Made by a program: the position numbers and the translations under genes. 40,656 bases of DNA. Origin: a virus. Lineage: Duplodnaviria; Caudoviricetes. Of the stretch, positions 36,258 to 40,656 are shown piece by piece. Position 1 is the first letter of the stretch. Each line of letters starts with the position of its first letter. Location of the stretch: IMG/VR virus record IMGVR_UViG_3300037863_000166, positions 1 through 40,656 of that record. The stretch is one strand, 5' to 3'. The notes beneath the pieces are model-generated. The model saw only the letters and a list, made by a program, of their open reading frames with translations. It did no database searches and was not told the origin of the DNA.

Positions 36258-36602
36258 ATGAGCATTCCCACTCTTGACGAACCTCTGGAGTTCCTCAACA
36301 ACGTCGACCTGGATGAACCCTTCGAGTTCACCACCGACGGGGTTGCAGAAGACTTCTCGATGTCTGTGATCCGAGCGTCCTTCGTAGACAAAGGTGGGAA
36401 CCGCCTCGACATGTCGACCCTCGATGGTACGATCGTGAAGACCTCGCCCGGCAAGTTCCAGCTCAACGTCGACAAGTTGGTGATGTGGCTCCTGCCTGCC
36501 GGGGGCTATAATTTCGACATCGTCTCGACCAACCCCGCCGGCCAGGATGCCGCCCTGCTGCGTGGCAAAGTCAAATTGGTGAAGGGAGCAACAGCTCCAT
36601 GA
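36258..36602 (+). CDS. hypothetical virion protein (fibre-anchor/BppU-like)
   Basis: GKFQL...LPAGGYNFDI...LLRGKV pattern. First gene of the fibre cassette. Confidence 0.55.
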   Translation: MSIPTLDEPLEFLNNVDLDEPFEFTTDGVAEDFSMSVIRASFVDKGGNRLDMSTLDGTIVKTSPGKFQLNVDKLVMWLLPAGGYNFDIVSTNPAGQDAALLRGKVKLVKGATAP

Positions 36603-36790
36603 CCATAGTTGTCCAGCGCACCACAGGTCCCGTCGTCGTCAACCGGGTGGTCCAGTCTGAAAGGATCGTTGTGACCCGAGATAACCGCGGGCCGGTGGGT
36701 TTGCGCGGCCCTTCTGGAGCTCAGGGCCTCGCTGGAGACGGGGCCGACCCCGGCGACCTGACCCTGATTTTCAACAACCAACTCATCTAG
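36599..36790 (+). CDS. small protein with short collagen-like G-X-Y run
   Basis: RGPVGLRGPSGAQGLAGDG. ATGA overlap. Confidence 0.6.
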   Translation: MTIVVQRTTGPVVVNRVVQSERIVVTRDNRGPVGLRGPSGAQGLAGDGADPGDLTLIFNNQLI

Positions 36791-36800
36791 GAGACGACCC

Positions 36801-37325
36801 ATGGCTACCCTTCAGGTGAGGCTGCAAGACCTCGCAACCCGCATCGCCACCGAGACTAAGTCGGTTCGAACACTGGTCAATGGCAATGCCGCCAGTCTCG
36901 CGGCTCTGAGCTTCGGCGCGAAGACCAACGTCGTGGTCGCGCTCAACGAGCTGAAGACCGAGCTGGACAGCTTGGCCAGTGCGGCCGGGGCGACGATCAA
37001 CGACGCTTCGAACGCCTCGACCACGCAGACCTACTCGATCACGAAAATACGCGATCTGGTCACAACGTCGCTGGCGGCGCTGACGACGGGAGCCCCTGCT
37101 GCCCTCGACACGCTGGACGAACTCGCTGCCGCTCTCGGTGACGATGCGAACTTTGCGGCGACCATTACGACGGCGCTGGGCAACCGGCTTCGGTTCGATG
37201 CCGTCCAGACCCTGACCGCGCCTCAGCGAGTGCAAGGTAATGCCAACCTCGGCTCGGCCTCGCTGGTTGATATCGGCAACCCTGACGCCAATCTCGTGAC
37301 GACCTTCGAGACTGGCCTCGTCTGA
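36801..37325 (+). CDS. virion fibre protein
   Basis: GAPAALDTLDELAAALGDDANFAATITTALG fibre motif. AGGAG RBS. Confidence 0.75.
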   Translation: MATLQVRLQDLATRIATETKSVRTLVNGNAASLAALSFGAKTNVVVALNELKTELDSLASAAGATINDASNASTTQTYSITKIRDLVTTSLAALTTGAPAALDTLDELAAALGDDANFAATITTALGNRLRFDAVQTLTAPQRVQGNANLGSASLVDIGNPDANLVTTFETGLV

Positions 37326-39157
37326 TGGCTACGCTGGAGGCACGACTGATCGCTGTCGTCCAGCGCGTCAGAGACCAGTTCAACACCCACTCTTTCGCTT
37401 TGGCTGGCAAGGCTGATGCGGCCTCGACGACGGCTGCCCTCGCGACAAAAATCAGCGTGCCTGAAGCTGACGTCCGCTTCCAGCCAAAGCAAGGTGCCCT
37501 AGAAGCGATAGCGCCGAGCTGCTTATATGCCATGCGCCGCCTGCACAATCCCCTTGGCGGCTCGTTCGGTGGCACCGGTAACACTCCGCCCCTCCAAGGG
37601 CGAATGAAGATCAAGCTGCCTGCGGACTCGAATCGCAATGTAATGATGACCCTCAAGGTCACTATCTATGACTACAATCACGACAAAGACGTCGAACTGA
37701 CGATCAACGGCTACGACTACGACTACGACATAGGATGGATACGCTGCTCTGCCTACCAGACGGGTGGAGCCGACCCTCTCAATATCGTCTGGGGCAATGA
37801 CGCCGATGCAAGCTGCATTTGGATCGGCGATGCAACGACCGTTTGGGAATTCGCCCAGATTTCCATTGATGAAGTCCACCTGTCTTGGGGTGGAGCTGCG
37901 ACCGCTTCGTGGGCGGGAGCTTGGAGCATCGAGTGCATGACGACGGACGCCGGATACGGACCCGGCGCTGTTTTAAATACCTCTGCTGCCCCTAGCATGG
38001 CTGCGACCCGCACTTGGACGGTAGATTGGGCCAACAAGCAGTGGAACAATCGAGGCGAGCTTCATGGCGCTTTCACCGACCCAGACTCGGTTCCCTTTGG
38101 ACCTACGTTTGTGCAGGCTGGACCAAATACTCCTTCGGGCCAGCGATTCTATATCAACACTCAGGGTCTTGGAGTCGAGTATCCTGTCGACAACGCGCAC
38201 CAGACCGCTTTTGCACGCAACATTGACAACCCTAGTCAGTTCCACGGTTATCTTTACTATCGTCAGAGAGATGGCGCGTGGAACCCGTGGTCTAAAGTAA
38301 AGGCAGGATATGCCGACACAGCAGCGCAGCTTATCGCAGCGGACGGGCAGCAAATCATCCCTAGCGGGGTCGGATGGCAGATCAAAAGCAACATCGCTGG
38401 AGTCGGTCTTCAACTCGTCACCGCCTCTGACGCAACGTTGGGTTTCGTCTACGCTGATGGGGTTTCGGGTGCAGCTGCTCTGGGCTTCCTGACTGATCAG
38501 GGCAACTGGCAGTTTCAGACGCTGAATGGAGCCGCCTACATCTACGACGGCGCGACCGCTCGCAGGGTTGCGACTGAGACGTGGGCCAACGCCAAGTTCC
38601 TGACGGCTCAGACCCTAACCAAGGCAGACGTCGGCCTTTCGAACGTCGACAACACTTCGGATGCCAACAAGCCGATCTCGACCGCACAGCAAACGGCACT
38701 GAACGCCCGAGTCCAGACCGTCAACGGCACTGCCCCTGACGGTGCGGGCAACGTCGTCATTTCCACCCCCGCCAAGGCCACCGGCGCGGATATGCGAACC
38801 GGCACAGATGACGCCAAGTTCGTCACGGCCAAGGCCATTTATGATGCAGCAGCCCCCGTCGCCCTGACTGACGCGGCAACAATCGCAGTCGATCTGGCCG
38901 CTGGTATCAACTTCACGGTCACGCTTGGCGGCAACCGGACGCTGGGCGCTCCGTCCAACGCCAAGCCCGGGGCGTCCGGTGTGATCATCGTCAAGCAGGA
39001 CGCCACCGGCTCGCGGACACTGGCCTACAACACGGCGTGGAAGTTCTTCGGTGGGGCTCCAGCCTTGTCGACGGCAGCTAATGCTGTGGATGTGATCAGC
39101 TATGTGGTCGAGACGTCCGGTGTTCTGCGCTGCGGTATCGGCAAGGCGTCCACCTGA
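37325..39157 (+). CDS. tail fibre / receptor-binding protein
   Basis: LTKADVGLSNVDNTSDANKPISTAQQTAL and NFTVTLGGNRTL...QDATGSRTL...LSTAANAVDVISY fibre motifs. Confidence 0.85.
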   Translation: MATLEARLIAVVQRVRDQFNTHSFALAGKADAASTTAALATKISVPEADVRFQPKQGALEAIAPSCLYAMRRLHNPLGGSFGGTGNTPPLQGRMKIKLPADSNRNVMMTLKVTIYDYNHDKDVELTINGYDYDYDIGWIRCSAYQTGGADPLNIVWGNDADASCIWIGDATTVWEFAQISIDEVHLSWGGAATASWAGAWSIECMTTDAGYGPGAVLNTSAAPSMAATRTWTVDWANKQWNNRGELHGAFTDPDSVPFGPTFVQAGPNTPSGQRFYINTQGLGVEYPVDNAHQTAFARNIDNPSQFHGYLYYRQRDGAWNPWSKVKAGYADTAAQLIAADGQQIIPSGVGWQIKSNIAGVGLQLVTASDATLGFVYADGVSGAAALGFLTDQGNWQFQTLNGAAYIYDGATARRVATETWANAKFLTAQTLTKADVGLSNVDNTSDANKPISTAQQTALNARVQTVNGTAPDGAGNVVISTPAKATGADMRTGTDDAKFVTAKAIYDAAAPVALTDAATIAVDLAAGINFTVTLGGNRTLGAPSNAKPGASGVIIVKQDATGSRTLAYNTAWKFFGGAPALSTAANAVDVISYVVETSGVLRCGIGKAST

Positions 39158-39807
39158 TGCTGCCGTTCCTGTCTCCGGGACTTGTGACGATAGCGTCGTC
39201 TGGCCCCCTTCCCGGCCAGCAGCTTTTCACAGTGTCGGGCGACCTGACTGTCACTCAGGCGATGATCGATGGTGGGCTTTCTTTAGTGGCTGTTGGCGCG
39301 GGTAGTGCTGGCGGAGAGTCTATAAGTGGATTTGGAGGCGGCCTGGTCTATATAAACGGGGTCTCTGGTCTTGTTCTTGGCGAGACCCTGACTGTCCGCT
39401 TCAATCAGATTACATTGCGGGACATCATCATAAACAATCAGGCCGGAACGCTGATTGCTCGATGCAATGCATCAAGTCCTTTTAACAGGGGTTCAGGTCA
39501 GCTGGGAAGCGCTCAAACTGGATTTGCCACTGCTGGAGGCAGCTACGGCTACTCCGTTGATGGAAATGCGTCAGGTGGCGGCGCTGGCCGTTACACGGGG
39601 GTTGCCGGCCCTGATGGAACAGAGGGCACGTTTTCCCCGGGCACCGGCACTTCTGTCTTTGGCCCAACCTACCCAACCTCGGGCCAGTATGGTGGTGGCC
39701 AAGGGGTGTCCGGGGGCTTTGCCAGCGGCTCTACGGGTGGCTCTGCCGTTCGCTTTATCTGGGGCCTCGGGCGCGCCTTCCCGAACACGAATACCGGAGA
39801 CCTATGA
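39157..39807 (+). CDS. glycine-rich virion protein
   Basis: LVAVGAGSAGG...GGGL, GGGAG, GGSAVRFIWG..RAFP. Confidence 0.7.
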   Translation: MLPFLSPGLVTIASSGPLPGQQLFTVSGDLTVTQAMIDGGLSLVAVGAGSAGGESISGFGGGLVYINGVSGLVLGETLTVRFNQITLRDIIINNQAGTLIARCNASSPFNRGSGQLGSAQTGFATAGGSYGYSVDGNASGGGAGRYTGVAGPDGTEGTFSPGTGTSVFGPTYPTSGQYGGGQGVSGGFASGSTGGSAVRFIWGLGRAFPNTNTGDL

Positions 39808-40304
39808 TGTACATTCTGAACAACGTTCCCCTCGCGCCGGGCCAGTCTTTTACAGTCGGCGAGGTCCAGTATCCCGGCAACGTTCTGGCGCTCTGGCCTG
39901 CTGAAGACCTCACCGCTATTGGGGTAATATGGCAGGAACCTCCCATACTGACGCTGGCTGAAGCCAAGGGGCAACGCCTCGAAGCCCTTGCAGACCGCCG
40001 GTGGCAAGCCTCTCAAACCTTCACCTATGACGGCGTCAGAACACAAGCCGACCCGGCTATTCCCGCCATCACCGCTGCCGTGGTGTCGTCGCAGTTTTTG
40101 CCTCCGGGCACGTTGCGGACATGGAAGCTCGGGACAGGCGAGTTCCGGCAGTGGACGATCAACGACATCATCGCGTTCGGTATGGCCGTCAGCGCGTATG
40201 TTCAGGGGTGTTTCAACCTCGAAGCTGTCCGGGCCGAGGCCATCAATGATGCACCCGATCTGGCGGCCCTCGCCGCTATCGATACCGAGACGGGCTGGCC
40301 GTGA
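39804..40304 (+). CDS. tail fibre-associated protein (DUF4376-like)
   Basis: LADRRWQA, WKL..GEF, AVSAYVQGCFNLEA, C-terminal GWP. Confidence 0.75.
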   Translation: MMYILNNVPLAPGQSFTVGEVQYPGNVLALWPAEDLTAIGVIWQEPPILTLAEAKGQRLEALADRRWQASQTFTYDGVRTQADPAIPAITAAVVSSQFLPPGTLRTWKLGTGEFRQWTINDIIAFGMAVSAYVQGCFNLEAVRAEAINDAPDLAALAAIDTETGWP

Positions 40305-40393
40305 GGCACAGTATGTCCTGAGCGGCGGCACACCGACCCTGCTGTGCAGGCTTGACAAAACGTTCGGATGATCTTGTTTGTAAAGGAATAACT

Positions 40394-40656
40394 ATGAAAA
40401 ACTTTGCCATCGTCAGTGAACTCGACACTCGTGTCGTCAACGTCACTATCTTTGAAGACGAACCTGCATTTGACCCACCTCCCGGTCACATCTTCGTCGA
40501 GATGAGCGAAGGGGATGCGGAAGCCGGGGTCGGCTACACTTATGCGGACGGGGTTTTCTCGCCGCCCAAAGCGCAAGCCTTTATTCCGGACCCTAATCCG
40601 CCTCGCTTTCCGGTCAAGCGATCGAAGATTGAGGTCCGGCGTTTGCTGAAGCCAAA
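40394..40656 (+). CDS. partial fibre-associated protein (runs off window; not in ORF track)
   Basis: AAGGA RBS. MKNFAIV...VVNVTI...AGVGYTYADGVFSPP. Open to the end of the window. Confidence 0.7.
   Translation, partial: MKNFAIVSELDTRVVNVTIFEDEPAFDPPPGHIFVEMSEGDAEAGVGYTYADGVFSPPKAQAFIPDPNPPRFPVKRSKIEVRRLLKP

Noticed and set aside
40202-40576. Minus-strand 124-aa ORF
   Set aside because: The plus-strand ORF from 40394 has an RBS and fibre-associated motifs and fits the operon direction.
1-40656. Integrase, att sites, tRNA or rRNA genes
   Set aside because: None recognised by eye, so lifestyle and any suppressor tRNA cannot be determined from this window.

Overview
This window is an almost continuous ~40 kb piece of a GC-rich tailed phage (siphovirus-type, lambda-like tail tip). 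An alphaproteobacterial host is a guess from gene style only. The left end carries a minus-strand Prim-Pol/D5-SF3 primase-helicase and small ORFs. A long plus-strand morphogenesis region follows: GpA-type large terminase with an intein, portal, prohead protease/scaffold, decoration protein, major capsid, head-tail connectors, major tail protein, frameshifting tail chaperones, tape measure protein, gpM/gpL/NlpC/JAB/gpI/gpJ-like tail tip, lysis cassette (holin-like genes, DUF3380-type endolysin, two spanins), and a second fibre cassette running off the right end. The most notable observations are: (1) the tape measure gene is one reading frame broken by a single in-frame TAG; (2) a GCGTAA motif, usually 10 nt before a -35-like hexamer, recurs in front of nearly every morphogenesis module; (3) an Ala-starting class 3 (WCT) intein with a decayed LAGLIDADG nuclease sits in the terminase Walker A motif; (4) a tandem Arc-like repressor is encoded antisense within the tail operon, beside a candidate operator; (5) gpJ contains expanded 51-nt and 30/90-nt tandem repeats. 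All product calls come from motif recognition and synteny. No database searches were run.
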